A stretch of 64,000 nt of DNA from Trichormus sp. ATA11-4-KO1 (GTDB lineage: Bacteria; Cyanobacteriota; Cyanobacteriia; Cyanobacteriales; Nostocaceae): positions 340,904-404,903 of the forward strand of contig JAHHIM010000055.1 of NCBI GenBank assembly GCA_019358915.1. Reading direction: 5' to 3'. How positions within the stretch are numbered: the first letter of the stretch is position 1; every line of letters begins with the position of its first letter. Below the pieces are notes generated by a model. The model ran no database searches. It was not told the DNA's origin and saw only the letters and a list, made by a program, of their open reading frames with translations. This document shows positions 11,093-20,476 of this stretch, one piece after another. The position numbers and the translations under genes are program-made.

Positions 11093-11434
11093 TTTTATCC
11101 ACCTCTAACGGTTGTTATTTATATCTTCACGATTGCTTGTATTAACTCCCTCTATCAAAAAGATGAATCATTTTTAACACATATAAATTAAAAGTTCACC
11201 CAATTGATTGATGAATATTTTGTGATTTTTGATTCTTTTCTCAAAATTAACCCTTATTAATCGATAGTTTTTTATCAAAAAAGTTATAGGTATTTTATGA
11301 GGATTAGGATTTGAGGAGGAGAGTGATCCCTTGTTATACATCTAAGAAGATATTTGTAAAGTATTCAGTGGTATCAAGATACCCCTACTGTTTCCATCAC
11401 CCGGTTTTTTCTTGGAGACAATACTTGATTTTTT

Positions 11435-11467
11435 TAAACCCATTTTGGGTTTATCCTATATGAGGTT
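11435..11467. promoter_or_regulatory. Putative tandem C-box operators upstream of the controller/endonuclease genes
   Basis: Perfect TAAACCCA-TTT-TGGGTTTA followed 16 bp later by degenerate ATCCTA-TAT-GAGGTT. Confidence 0.6.
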
Positions 11468-11549
11468 TTATGATGAAACAGAGTTAGACAAAAAATACTA
11501 ACTGTCATTGAGAGCGAATATACTATCGCCTACAAAAAGCTAAATCAAG

Positions 11550-11798
11550 TTGCCTAAATCAGTTTATAGCGAGGAATATAATCGGTTTCGTCAGATGCTT
11601 ATTGAAGTTCGTAAAGCAGCAAATTTCACTCAAGCTGAGTTGTCAGCTAAGTTAAAGCGTCCGCAATCTTATGTATCAAAGTATGAACGTGGAGAGCGTC
11701 GTCTTGACTTAATTGAATTCTTGGAAGTAGCCCTAGTGTTGAAAATAGATCCACTTGCTTTTATTGAAGAACTGCTGAAAAAGCAAAAGGAGACTTAA
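11550..11798 (+). CDS. XRE-family HTH regulator, putative R-M controller (C) protein
   Basis: TQAELSAKLKRPQSYVSKYERGERR HTH; directly upstream of the endonuclease. Confidence 0.85.
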   Translation: MPKSVYSEEYNRFRQMLIEVRKAANFTQAELSAKLKRPQSYVSKYERGERRLDLIEFLEVALVLKIDPLAFIEELLKKQKET

Positions 11799-11800
11799 CA

Positions 11801-12469
11801 ATTATTATTCAATATATTGACTTCAATGCAGCAGACATAATTATTAATACCCAATACAAAAATGAATGGCATGAGGTTAGTACTGTCTTGACTTCAATGC
11901 CTCTACATCTCAAAGCTTCAGATCAAGCAGGAATTCAGGGTAATCCAATCTTCGATCCAGTAGGTACCAACGAATACATTAAAGCTGCTTTTATGAGTTG
12001 TGGCTGGCAATCCAATATACCTATTCCAGTATCCTATAGATTTTTGGGTACAGATATTGATTTTGCTAAAGCTGGCATCGTCATTGAAATCCAGTTCTCT
12101 AACTATCCTTTTCTACTCAATAATACCTTACGTTCAGAATTGTTCTTTAAATCTCAAACTGAATTTGCTGGCTACCCAACTCATCTGGTAATTTTAGTGA
12201 CAAAAGCTCTCATGTTTCCTGCTTCAAACAGCACTCTTTATTATGAGCAAGCTGTTAACCAATTAACAGCTTTAATGCAAAAGCAAGTTTTTGATGTACC
12301 AATTAGACTGGTAGGATTATTTGAACAATCAAATACAACAGTACCTGTCATTTGGACTGAGTATTTATCAAAAAGATACTCTAGAAATATAAATACTAGA
12401 GTTAGTCGCCAATGCCAAATACTTGCAGGAAAATCAACCCGTAGTCGTTGTTTATTTCGCTTATTGTAA
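11801..12469 (+). CDS. Type II restriction endonuclease, BglII family (probable site AGATCT); proposed ATT start
   Basis: MPLHLKASDQA, IFDPVGTN, FLGTDIDF, EIQFSNYPFLLNNTLRSELF, MFPASNSTLYYEQA and FDVPIRLVGL closely match BglII as I recall it; frame open to ATT 11801 behind AAGGAG (ORF track starts at TTG 11888). Confidence 0.85.
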   Translation: MIIQYIDFNAADIIINTQYKNEWHEVSTVLTSMPLHLKASDQAGIQGNPIFDPVGTNEYIKAAFMSCGWQSNIPIPVSYRFLGTDIDFAKAGIVIEIQFSNYPFLLNNTLRSELFFKSQTEFAGYPTHLVILVTKALMFPASNSTLYYEQAVNQLTALMQKQVFDVPIRLVGLFEQSNTTVPVIWTEYLSKRYSRNINTRVSRQCQILAGKSTRSRCLFRLL

Positions 12470-12480
12470 ACATAAATCAA

Positions 12481-13590
12481 TTAACTCCACAATTTCAATT
12501 CAATTTGTTCTCCTTGTTCAATTTGTTTGACTGTTTTATTTGGCAGGGATGTCTTCTCGCCATTCCCATTTAGTTTGGGATCTACAGGAATATTTTCACC
12601 TCGCAAACTAGCGCTAAAAGCAGCTTCTTCATAAACTAATCTCTCTTCCATTTCTTGCAAGTGATACTCTTCTGGATAAATTTTAGCTTTACTACGTTCT
12701 GAAGCTCGATTTCCTATTTGCAAATCAAACTTAAATTTCTCGATAGATTGACCAGTTTTATCAACGTAATCACGCAATGTTTTTAAATTTGGAAAATACC
12801 CGTTTTCATCAGGTTCACCACTGAGACGACGTAGCGCAACTTGATGATATTTTGATTCAATTTCTGTTCCTATAAAATGGCGTTTATAATCTTTAGCAAC
12901 GACTGCTACAGTACCAGTACCCATATAAGGATCTAACACAAGATCATTTTTTTCAGTTGTAGCTAAGATAATTCTGGCTACTAAATCTTCTGGAAACTGA
13001 CAAGGGTGTATAGTTTGTTCCTCATGATTATGCTTTACATTCCGAAACATCCAAATATCACCAGGATTTTTACCATCTGGATTACAAGACAGTTCACCCT
13101 TACGATTTCCCCGAAAATGTTTTTTATTTTGATATTTTTGTGGAACTCTAATAGCATCTAAATTAAATTTATAATTATCAGATTTAGTAAACCAGAGAAT
13201 AGTTTCATGTCTACAAGAGAACTTTTTTTGAGCATGAAGACCATGCTGTCTAGCCCACACAATTCTATTACGAGGTATTAATCCACAAGATTCAAGAATA
13301 GGAAAAAAGCGAATATCTAGAGGAATTAGCATCCCTTTATCAGAAAAAGCTCCAATCTGCCAAAATAGCGAGCCTGTTTTTTTGAGAATGCGGCTACATT
13401 CACGTAATACGGCTGTTTGTTCTTGTAAATAAATATCAAGAGCTTGCCTAGACTCGTACTCTTTACCCAAATTATAGGGTGGTGAAGATACGATTAAATC
13501 GACACAATCATTTGGCAATTTATGAAGCAGTTGTAAGCAATTTTCTAAAATAATTTGGTCTACAGGTATATTCTCGTGTTTAATCTTCAC
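12481..13590 (-). CDS. Site-specific DNA methyltransferase, N4/N6 beta class (probably m4C), cognate of the BglII-like endonuclease
   Basis: SPPY motif IV before HPCQFP and VLDPYMGTGT motif I; convergent with the endonuclease. Confidence 0.9.
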   Translation of the reverse strand: MKIKHENIPVDQIILENCLQLLHKLPNDCVDLIVSSPPYNLGKEYESRQALDIYLQEQTAVLRECSRILKKTGSLFWQIGAFSDKGMLIPLDIRFFPILESCGLIPRNRIVWARQHGLHAQKKFSCRHETILWFTKSDNYKFNLDAIRVPQKYQNKKHFRGNRKGELSCNPDGKNPGDIWMFRNVKHNHEEQTIHPCQFPEDLVARIILATTEKNDLVLDPYMGTGTVAVVAKDYKRHFIGTEIESKYHQVALRRLSGEPDENGYFPNLKTLRDYVDKTGQSIEKFKFDLQIGNRASERSKAKIYPEEYHLQEMEERLVYEEAAFSASLRGENIPVDPKLNGNGEKTSLPNKTVKQIEQGEQIELKLWS

Positions 13591-13626
13591 TTTTGTATTT
13601 ACCTCAAAATTAAGGCTAAAATTACA

Positions 13627-13649
13627 TAATAACCTATAATAGGTTATTA
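13627..13649. promoter_or_regulatory. Perfect palindrome upstream of the MTase, putative controller operator
   Basis: TAATAACCTAT-A-ATAGGTTATTA; core AACCTA-N3-TAGGTT matches the palindrome at 11435. Confidence 0.6.
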
Positions 13650-13827
13650 AACCTAATAATTTAAGTTAATTAAACGTGATCGCCTCTGGATACTGCTTTT
13701 TGGGTGATCGCTGACGGGATTTCCCAGTCTTGTGACAACAGACCCCCAAAGACCTTAGAATGATTTAAGTACACGGTAAACAGCCGTGTTACTAAAATAA
13801 ATGTATTCAAGTCTGTAATAAATCTTT

Positions 13828-14085
13828 ATGCCTCCTCGTTGGCCTCGCAAACCTGATCGCAAAGACCCAGATTTCCGTAAGTTAGATGATCGGATGAATT
13901 TTGCTGTGCATGTAGCTGCTGCCTCGGCAATTAACTCTGGTTTATGGTTTGTTCACACCTTGAAAGCAACTACCTGGGAGTGGTTACCTTGGTTGACGGC
14001 CAGTTGGATCATAGTATTGTTGGTGCATCTGATTTATATTACGGCGATCGCCAACTACTCCGATACTCCACCCAAATCCACCTGA
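13828..14085 (+). CDS. 2TM-domain small membrane protein
   Basis: MPPRWPRKP..RMNFAVHVA..NSGLWF, two TMs. Confidence 0.8.
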   Translation: MPPRWPRKPDRKDPDFRKLDDRMNFAVHVAAASAINSGLWFVHTLKATTWEWLPWLTASWIIVLLVHLIYITAIANYSDTPPKST

Positions 14086-14205
14086 AGATGGACTGCTAAA
14101 GTTAGGGTGATTGTAACCTGTGGTGGTAGATTCAGCTTGATTAATTGCGCGATAATGTCAAATATCCTGAGAGTTTGCGCTCTTTCTTGATATAGGATAA
14201 TTTTT

Positions 14206-14514
14206 ATGGCTCAAACTAACACCACAGAATTACTGGAAGCTTTAGCTGCTGAAATTGGTGAAGCAGTTTATATGGATATCGCCAAGTGGCATCTTTATTT
14301 ATCTGATGCCAAATTGCATACTGTTGTCGCCGAACAGATGTACCCTTTGGTGACTGCCAAAAGTGTCAATGAAGACCGAGTAATAACAGTATTGTCATCT
14401 ATTCCCGTAAAAATTGGCGGTGGGAGAAGAGAACTACCTTTAATCGATTTACTCCCACTGCAATGCCAAGTCAACCTGGTAGATATTTTAGAAAAATTTC
14501 AGCGCGAAATTTAA
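14206..14514 (+). CDS. Conserved cyanobacterial protein (DUF3181-like)
   Basis: IGEAVYMDIAKWHLYLSDAKLH...VKIGGG..LPLIDLLP. Confidence 0.75.
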   Translation: MAQTNTTELLEALAAEIGEAVYMDIAKWHLYLSDAKLHTVVAEQMYPLVTAKSVNEDRVITVLSSIPVKIGGGRRELPLIDLLPLQCQVNLVDILEKFQREI

Positions 14515-14578
14515 TTTTGGCGTTTTGAATGTCCATAATTTGCTTTTTAGGCAACCCTCTTTGAGGAGGTTTTCGGAC

Positions 14579-14794
14579 ATGAATACATATCCATTTCACG
14601 ATGAATACACTCTAGCAGAAACAGCAGAAAAACTTGGGAAACAAGCTTTGAGCTTGGGTTTAATTCCTAGTTTTTTAGTGCGTCATTTTCCTGATAGCAG
14701 GCAATACTACATTCCCAATGAAGAAGCATCGGAACCGTTGACACCAGAACAAGCATATCTGCGGTTCAAAAAATTACTTGAAGAATCTACTTAA
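14579..14794 (+). CDS. Hypothetical protein
   Basis: Strong GAGGAGG RBS before ATG 14579; 71 aa. Confidence 0.7.
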   Translation: MNTYPFHDEYTLAETAEKLGKQALSLGLIPSFLVRHFPDSRQYYIPNEEASEPLTPEQAYLRFKKLLEEST

Positions 14795-14878
14795 GTAAAT
14801 ACTTAGTAGTTAACACGTCAGCAAGTTTTTCTTGATGCTTGAGTGAAATATTCAGATAAATTTAGTGAGGCTAGTCGT

Positions 14879-15088
14879 ATGCTTTTACAACTCAAAGATA
14901 CTGGGGATATAGTAAAAATTCTTGATATTCAAGAATTAATTGACCCAAATAATCATATCGTCCATGCACAGGATCAAGTAGGTGAAGAAGAACAAGAACC
15001 TGATGCTTTTCACAAAGAGAATCTCATTTTTCCTTCTGGTGAAACTTTACCACGCTGTTGGTTAGATGCCAACTATAGGAAAAAATAA
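14879..15088 (+). CDS. Conserved small hypothetical protein
   Basis: GEEEQEP..F.KENLIFPSGETLPRCWLDANYR motif; GAGG RBS before ATG 14879. Confidence 0.75.
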   Translation: MLLQLKDTGDIVKILDIQELIDPNNHIVHAQDQVGEEEQEPDAFHKENLIFPSGETLPRCWLDANYRKK

Positions 15089-15136
15089 AAATAAATAAAT
15101 TCTCCTAGCCAAAATTAGGCGGCGATCGCTCTCAAT

Positions 15137-15682
15137 TTAATGAGAAACTGGTGGTTTAAGAACGCTGGGAATGGCGTCCATGATTCTGTCGGCAATTTCT
15201 TCGGGTGTTTCACCCTCGCTCACGGTGATTTTGAGATCAGCTTGGGAGTAAAGTGGTGTTCTTTGTGTGAGCAGCGATCGCAGTTTACCTTGAGGATCAA
15301 CATCTTTTAATAATGGTCTTGTGGTATCCTCTAGCAAGCGGGTGTAAAGTAGCTCAATTGGCACATCTAGCCAAACGACTAAACCGTGGTGCAGATAACT
15401 CCAGTTTTCTCGCCGCAATACGATACCCCCGCCTGTAGCAATAGTCAAATTAGTATAAGCACATACTTGAGCTAGTACATCACTTTCCAATTGGCGAAAC
15501 GCTGCTTCCCCTTCTTCGGCAAACAGCTGATTGATAGATTTTCCTGCTGATTGGGCAATTACATTATCTGTATCTAAAAACCTATAACCGAGATGCTTTG
15601 CTAGTAATTGTCCGACAGTGGTCTTACCAGCGCCCATCATACCAATTAGGTACAGGTTGACTCCTTGCAATAAGCTACTCAC
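15137..15682 (-). CDS. aroK: Shikimate kinase
   Basis: GMMGAGKTT P-loop, DTD, GEAAFRQLE, ATGGG, RPLL. Confidence 0.95.
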   Translation of the reverse strand: MSSLLQGVNLYLIGMMGAGKTTVGQLLAKHLGYRFLDTDNVIAQSAGKSINQLFAEEGEAAFRQLESDVLAQVCAYTNLTIATGGGIVLRRENWSYLHHGLVVWLDVPIELLYTRLLEDTTRPLLKDVDPQGKLRSLLTQRTPLYSQADLKITVSEGETPEEIADRIMDAIPSVLKPPVSH

Positions 15683-16200
15683 TAGTTGCTGCGCTCCAAT
15701 TATAAGTTGTCTTGACTTTTATCCTAACGTCTCAAGTTGTCTTAAATCTCCGCATTGAGACTACTTTTTGTTAGGAATAATACTGTTACTTATGTATTGA
15801 ATTTGACCAAGGTAATATCCTCACGATTCTTCGGTGAAATCAAAATAAATTGCAGATAAATTTGATAAATTTCTTGAGGCTTAATGGGAATTTTACGAAG
15901 CTTGTTTGAAACTTTATGCGAACAAATTCTGTCAATACAAACCAGCAGGACTCTCTCTGGTGGGGAAATTTTAGTTGTACTTAATACTATGTTTCTAACA
16001 GCACAGTAGCGAAACCTCTAAAATTTAGTCACAGCAAGCTCAAATCAAAAATTGTGACAATTTAAGGTGTAAAAAGTAACTTAATTTTTGACATTTGACA
16101 AATCAACTTCATCAACTTGAAGGTTTTAGCACAAAATCCACTGCATATCCCACCGGAGTAAGACCAAATAAATCAATGTGGTATGTATGAGGCATCAACC

Positions 16201-16392
16201 ATGACTCGAATTCGTGAAGTAGTGCAACAAGCTTTAGCAACTGGCTATTTGACGGTTGAAGCAGAAAATCAACTACGGCATCTATTGACTACTCGATATG
16301 ACTTGGAAGATTTTAATGCTTTCATGGCCTTGCAGGAGGCTGCCATGAACGGCAAAGTCAAGCAGGAGTCACGTGAACAGTGTAGTATCTAA
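16201..16392 (+). CDS. Small hypothetical protein resembling the N-terminal domain of the ComFB/CdgR protein at 49212
   Basis: IREVVQQALATGYLT..AE vs IEKIVDQALQDGYLT..ME; GAGG RBS 8 nt before ATG 16201. Confidence 0.75.
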   Translation: MTRIREVVQQALATGYLTVEAENQLRHLLTTRYDLEDFNAFMALQEAAMNGKVKQESREQCSI

Positions 16393-16419
16393 ATTATTTA
16401 TTCTTCTCTTTATTAAAGC

Positions 16420-17121
16420 TCACTTACGTGAGCTATCATCTTCATCCTCAAAATCATCGTCGTTAAAAAATTCCCAATCGTCATCATCATCACTTTGATT
16501 ATTTGTCGGTGGTTGATAAGGAGGGATGATGACTCGGTAATCAGCATCGTAAATGGATTCCGTTTTTCCTACCGCAGTATTTTTTGGCTCACGGTAGTTG
16601 TAGGAGTAAACTGAACCAGACTGAGAACTGCTTTTGGGTTCTTGTTGGCGTTCGTAGGTTTGAGAGTCTCGCACTGATGAAGTTGTAGAACTAGGGGTAG
16701 GCGCTTCTCGCGGCTTTTGCTCAAAATCCCAATCATCATTAGTACTGTCATTTGTTTCCCAATCATCAAATGAGTTACTGGTAGCAGTTTCTGTTTGATT
16801 AGCTGTCGATGGTGGTCTAGAAGGTGGAGGTGTAGGTTCTTCCCTTGTTGTTGCTTTAGTTCGAGGCGGGGTTGTGGCTGGTCTAAACTGAGTTTGGCCT
16901 TGTGGTCCCCCAAAATAATTAGCTAATTTAAACAAGATAGTGATAAGTAGGGATGTGCAAGCGCCAGCCGCAGTGCTAAACAAGATCCATATTGCCAGTG
17001 GTAATGGTTGAGTTCGCATCCCCAAAAATACTAGTGATAGAACAGGCGACCAATTTTGCACTAACAACAGCGTTAGCATTCCCAGAACCGCCACCAACAA
17101 AATTAAGCGAATTACAGCCAT
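16420..17121 (-). CDS. LapA-like membrane protein with disordered acidic C-terminus
   Basis: Two N-terminal TMs (LVQNWSPVLSLVFLG..PLPLA), Pro/Ser-rich linker, YDADYRVIIPP, DDW repeats. Confidence 0.75.
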   Translation of the reverse strand: MAVIRLILLVAVLGMLTLLLVQNWSPVLSLVFLGMRTQPLPLAIWILFSTAAGACTSLLITILFKLANYFGGPQGQTQFRPATTPPRTKATTREEPTPPPSRPPSTANQTETATSNSFDDWETNDSTNDDWDFEQKPREAPTPSSTTSSVRDSQTYERQQEPKSSSQSGSVYSYNYREPKNTAVGKTESIYDADYRVIIPPYQPPTNNQSDDDDDWEFFNDDDFEDEDDSSRK

Positions 17122-17222
17122 AGCAAAGGCAAAAATAAAAAGTTACTCAATGAAAATGCCAGAAAAAAAGCAAAAGGCAAAAGTTACTCTATCTTTACTT
17201 TTACCTTTTTTCTTTTAACTTT

Positions 17223-17843
17223 TTACTGCCTTCCTTGCCAACGCTGAATGGGGATGCAATCAATATCTAGTTGATCTAAAGCACGGGCAACTACAAAATC
17301 AACTAAGTCCTCAATACTTTGCGGATTGTGATACCAAGCAGGAATAGCAGGTACAACTCTGACTCCAGCTTCTGCCAAAGTCGTTAAGTTACGTAGGTGA
17401 ATCAAGCTAAAAGGAGTTTCACGGGGGACAATGACTAGTTTTCGCCCTTCTTTGAGTTGGACATCGGCTGCTCGTTCTAGTAAGTCAGAACTCAAGCCAA
17501 CTGCTAGCTTTGCCACTGTACTCATACTGCATGGCATGATCATCATCCCCAAGGTGCGAAAAGAACCACTAGCGATCCCGGCGCCCACATCACTCCAAGG
17601 ATGACAGCGTAGTTTACCCCCAACAGTAACTCCAGCTTGTTCTCGCCAGAATTGCTCTTGTCCGGTTGGTTCTGCTGGCATCCGGGTGTCCTGTTCTGCT
17701 TGCCAGACTATGTAAGTTGATTTAGAGGCAACTAGTTCAATTTCATAATCGGCTGCGAGCAAATACTTGAGAGCACGAACAGCGTAAATCAGACCAGATG
17801 CACCTGATACGCCTAAGATCAGGGGTTTAGAGATATTGGACAC
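17223..17843 (-). CDS. ubiX: Flavin prenyltransferase UbiX
   Basis: GVSGASG, IASGSF, MPCSMST, RAADVQLKEGR, PRETP. Confidence 0.93.
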   Translation of the reverse strand: MSNISKPLILGVSGASGLIYAVRALKYLLAADYEIELVASKSTYIVWQAEQDTRMPAEPTGQEQFWREQAGVTVGGKLRCHPWSDVGAGIASGSFRTLGMMIMPCSMSTVAKLAVGLSSDLLERAADVQLKEGRKLVIVPRETPFSLIHLRNLTTLAEAGVRVVPAIPAWYHNPQSIEDLVDFVVARALDQLDIDCIPIQRWQGRQ

Positions 17844-17941
17844 GGTGGTTATTTAAAGGGGGATGGGGGGATAGGGGGGAATAACTTAATATTAGTAATC
17901 TCTCCTTGTCCCCTTGTCCCCTTCCTTGTCCCCATTCAAAT

Positions 17942-20296
17942 TTATTCATCCTCAGCATAAGTTTCTAAATCATCCGACTCCATATCGTTGGGAAAGTAGA
18001 TATCTGATACATCACCGTTGGCATTACGCTCATCCAAATCTTTACCGATAACATCGCTACTGACAGTGACTAAATCAATTTGCTGGCGATAGTAATCGAC
18101 ACTTTTAACTTGCACAGCTACGCGATCGCCTAGTCTGTAAGAAGCACGATTTTTGCGCCCAAATAATGCCTGTTGTCTGGCACGGTATTCATACCAATCG
18201 TCTTTGAGTGAACTGACGTGTACCAGTCCTTCTACTCGTAGAGGTACGCTGGGATCTTCACCAGGTGCAGATTCGGCGGCTGGCACTTCAATTTCGACAA
18301 AAAAGCCGTAGGATTGCACGCCAGTAATTACGCCCTGGAATACCTGACCGATGCGCTGTTTCATCAGTTGGGCTTTTTGTAGTCCAGCTAAATCGGCTTC
18401 GGCTTCTTGGACTTCTTTTTCCCTATCGTTGATTTGGATGATTACCCGATTTAAATCACTTTGGAGTTCTTGTTGTAATTCTGGGGGTAAGACGTTCCAG
18501 TTAATTTCTTCATGGGAGGAAGAGTGGCGCAGGTTAACGCGTTCTTTCACGCGGGTGTTGCGGCGATCGCGACCGTGTTCAATCAGCCGATAGTACACTC
18601 TTTGCATGAGCAAATCTGGGTAACGTCGCAAGGGGGCAGTACAGTGAGTATATTGCTGTAGTGCTAGACCAAAGTGTACTCCTTTAGTGGTGCTGTAGGC
18701 AGCAGGCTTGAGTGTATCTTGTAACAGATATGTTAAAACTTGCTCCGATGGAGATTCGGCAAAAGCCCTAGTCAAATGTTGATAATCTAAGGGTTGGATA
18801 TCTACTTCTGGTTCTAATGCCAGTTCCACACCTAAATTAATCGCCAATTTCAGCATTTCTTGGACATCTTCGGGATCGGGCGTACCTTGGACTCGCCAGA
18901 TGGCAGGAATACCTAGGGCACTAAGATGTTTTGCCATCAGTTCATTTACTAGTAGCACCAACTCAGTCAACAGCGATCGCACAGGTAAATCATTGACTAA
19001 TACTGCCCCTAAAATCCCCTCATCATAGTAAGGGTTTTGGTTGGGTGGTAAATTTAACTGCAAGCTACCCCTAGATAAGCGCGCCTGTTTGACTGCTGTC
19101 TGCAATGCTTCTAGGTCTTGCAGTACCTCTATGACCTCTTGAGTGTGTTGAGTAGATTCACCTAGGAGAATTGCTTCGGCTTCTTGCCGACTCAGTGCGA
19201 TGTCTACATTGATGACGCTGGGTTGAATTTGCCACTCTAAAGCTTCTCCGGAATTTGGGTCAATGGCAATTAAAAAAGAAAGGGCCAGGCGATCACTTCC
19301 GGGGACTAATGAACAGCGTTCTGCTACAGCTTCAGGTAACATTGGCAGGACTAATTCTCCCAGATACACCGACCTACCGCGCTTCACGGATTCTCTATCT
19401 AGGGGTTCATCAGGTTGGACGTAGCGGGAAACATCGGCAATATGAAAACCCAAAAGCCAATGTCCTTCTCCGGTTTTTTCCAAACTTAAGGCATTCTCTA
19501 CAAATTTGGTTGTACCATTTACACCCGCGATAGTTACGGTAAATAAATTGCGTAAATCCAGTTTGTTTTTCAGGTCTGCTTTCAGCAGTCTTTTGGGCAA
19601 CTTGGCTGCTGCTTCCAGGACTGCATCTGGAAAATTCCGGGACAGGTCGTGTTTACAAGTTACTAAATCTATATCAGCCGCCGCTTCGGCATCGCTACCC
19701 AGAATTTGCACCACTCGACCCAATGGGGGATATTGTGCTAAAGGGTAACGCAGCACTTCTACATGAGCTAAGTGATCGATCGCTTCCTCCAACTTCATGC
19801 CGTTGGTTTGTAGTTTGAGTTCAAACAGTAGTCGATCATCTAATGGTACAGCACGGAAACCGCTATCTACTGGTTTAATTCGTGCCAGTAGGGTGTGGTT
19901 GGAACGTTCTAGAATCAGCTTGACTTCACCCTCAGGAGAACGGCGGCGACTACCTTCTTTGAGAACTCTTACCAAAACGCGATCGCCATTCCAAGCATTA
20001 CTCAGATGACTTTCACGGATATAAATATCCTCGGCTCCCTCTACATCTTGAATGGCAAAGCAAAAGCCTTTACTAGAACAACGGAGTTTTGCTTCGATCA
20101 TTCCCTCTTCTGTCACCCGGCGATATTTGCCGCGTTCTTTGACTAAAATTCCAATTTTCTCCAGTACTTCTAAGGCAATGTGAAGTTTTTGTAAACTAAT
20201 CTCATCCTCGCAACCCAGTTTCTTTTCCAAAACTTTACGAGCTACCAATTTATCATCAGTGAAATTGGCCAGGAGTGTAGCGATAGAAAATTCCAT
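17942..20296 (-). CDS. Ribonuclease II/R (RNB) family protein with CSD and S1 domains; catalytic Asp motif degenerate
   Basis: KGFCFA CSD, HIADVS, RGRSVYL, HFGLA..YTHCTAPLRRYPDL, S1 domain (ITGVQSYGFFVE..EGLVHVS). Confidence 0.9.
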   Translation of the reverse strand: MEFSIATLLANFTDDKLVARKVLEKKLGCEDEISLQKLHIALEVLEKIGILVKERGKYRRVTEEGMIEAKLRCSSKGFCFAIQDVEGAEDIYIRESHLSNAWNGDRVLVRVLKEGSRRRSPEGEVKLILERSNHTLLARIKPVDSGFRAVPLDDRLLFELKLQTNGMKLEEAIDHLAHVEVLRYPLAQYPPLGRVVQILGSDAEAAADIDLVTCKHDLSRNFPDAVLEAAAKLPKRLLKADLKNKLDLRNLFTVTIAGVNGTTKFVENALSLEKTGEGHWLLGFHIADVSRYVQPDEPLDRESVKRGRSVYLGELVLPMLPEAVAERCSLVPGSDRLALSFLIAIDPNSGEALEWQIQPSVINVDIALSRQEAEAILLGESTQHTQEVIEVLQDLEALQTAVKQARLSRGSLQLNLPPNQNPYYDEGILGAVLVNDLPVRSLLTELVLLVNELMAKHLSALGIPAIWRVQGTPDPEDVQEMLKLAINLGVELALEPEVDIQPLDYQHLTRAFAESPSEQVLTYLLQDTLKPAAYSTTKGVHFGLALQQYTHCTAPLRRYPDLLMQRVYYRLIEHGRDRRNTRVKERVNLRHSSSHEEINWNVLPPELQQELQSDLNRVIIQINDREKEVQEAEADLAGLQKAQLMKQRIGQVFQGVITGVQSYGFFVEIEVPAAESAPGEDPSVPLRVEGLVHVSSLKDDWYEYRARQQALFGRKNRASYRLGDRVAVQVKSVDYYRQQIDLVTVSSDVIGKDLDERNANGDVSDIYFPNDMESDDLETYAEDE

Positions 20297-20376
20297 GCAG
20301 TGAACCGACCTTTGGTCAAAACATCATTTTTCATTTAATCTGGTTCTTTCCTGTATACCCTCACGGCTTACAGATA

Positions 20377-20476
20377 CTAGTGCTATTACGCAGAAGTCAA
20401 AAGTCAAAAGACTCATTATGTCTGTAGCTTTCGACTCGTTGTCAGATGGCCGGTTACTTCTGCTCAATTGCACTAG
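20377..20476. mobile_element. 100-bp MITE-like element with CTAGTGC/GCACTAG ends
   Basis: Short TIRs; left end CTAGTGCTATTACGCAGAAGTCAAAAGTCAAAA resembles the sequence beginning at 3934. Confidence 0.5.

Noticed and set aside
10276..13700. tRNA-Arg as integration site of the R-M cassette
   Set aside because: The cassette lies on the 5' side of the tRNA beyond moaC; I saw no integrase and no duplicated tRNA 3' end
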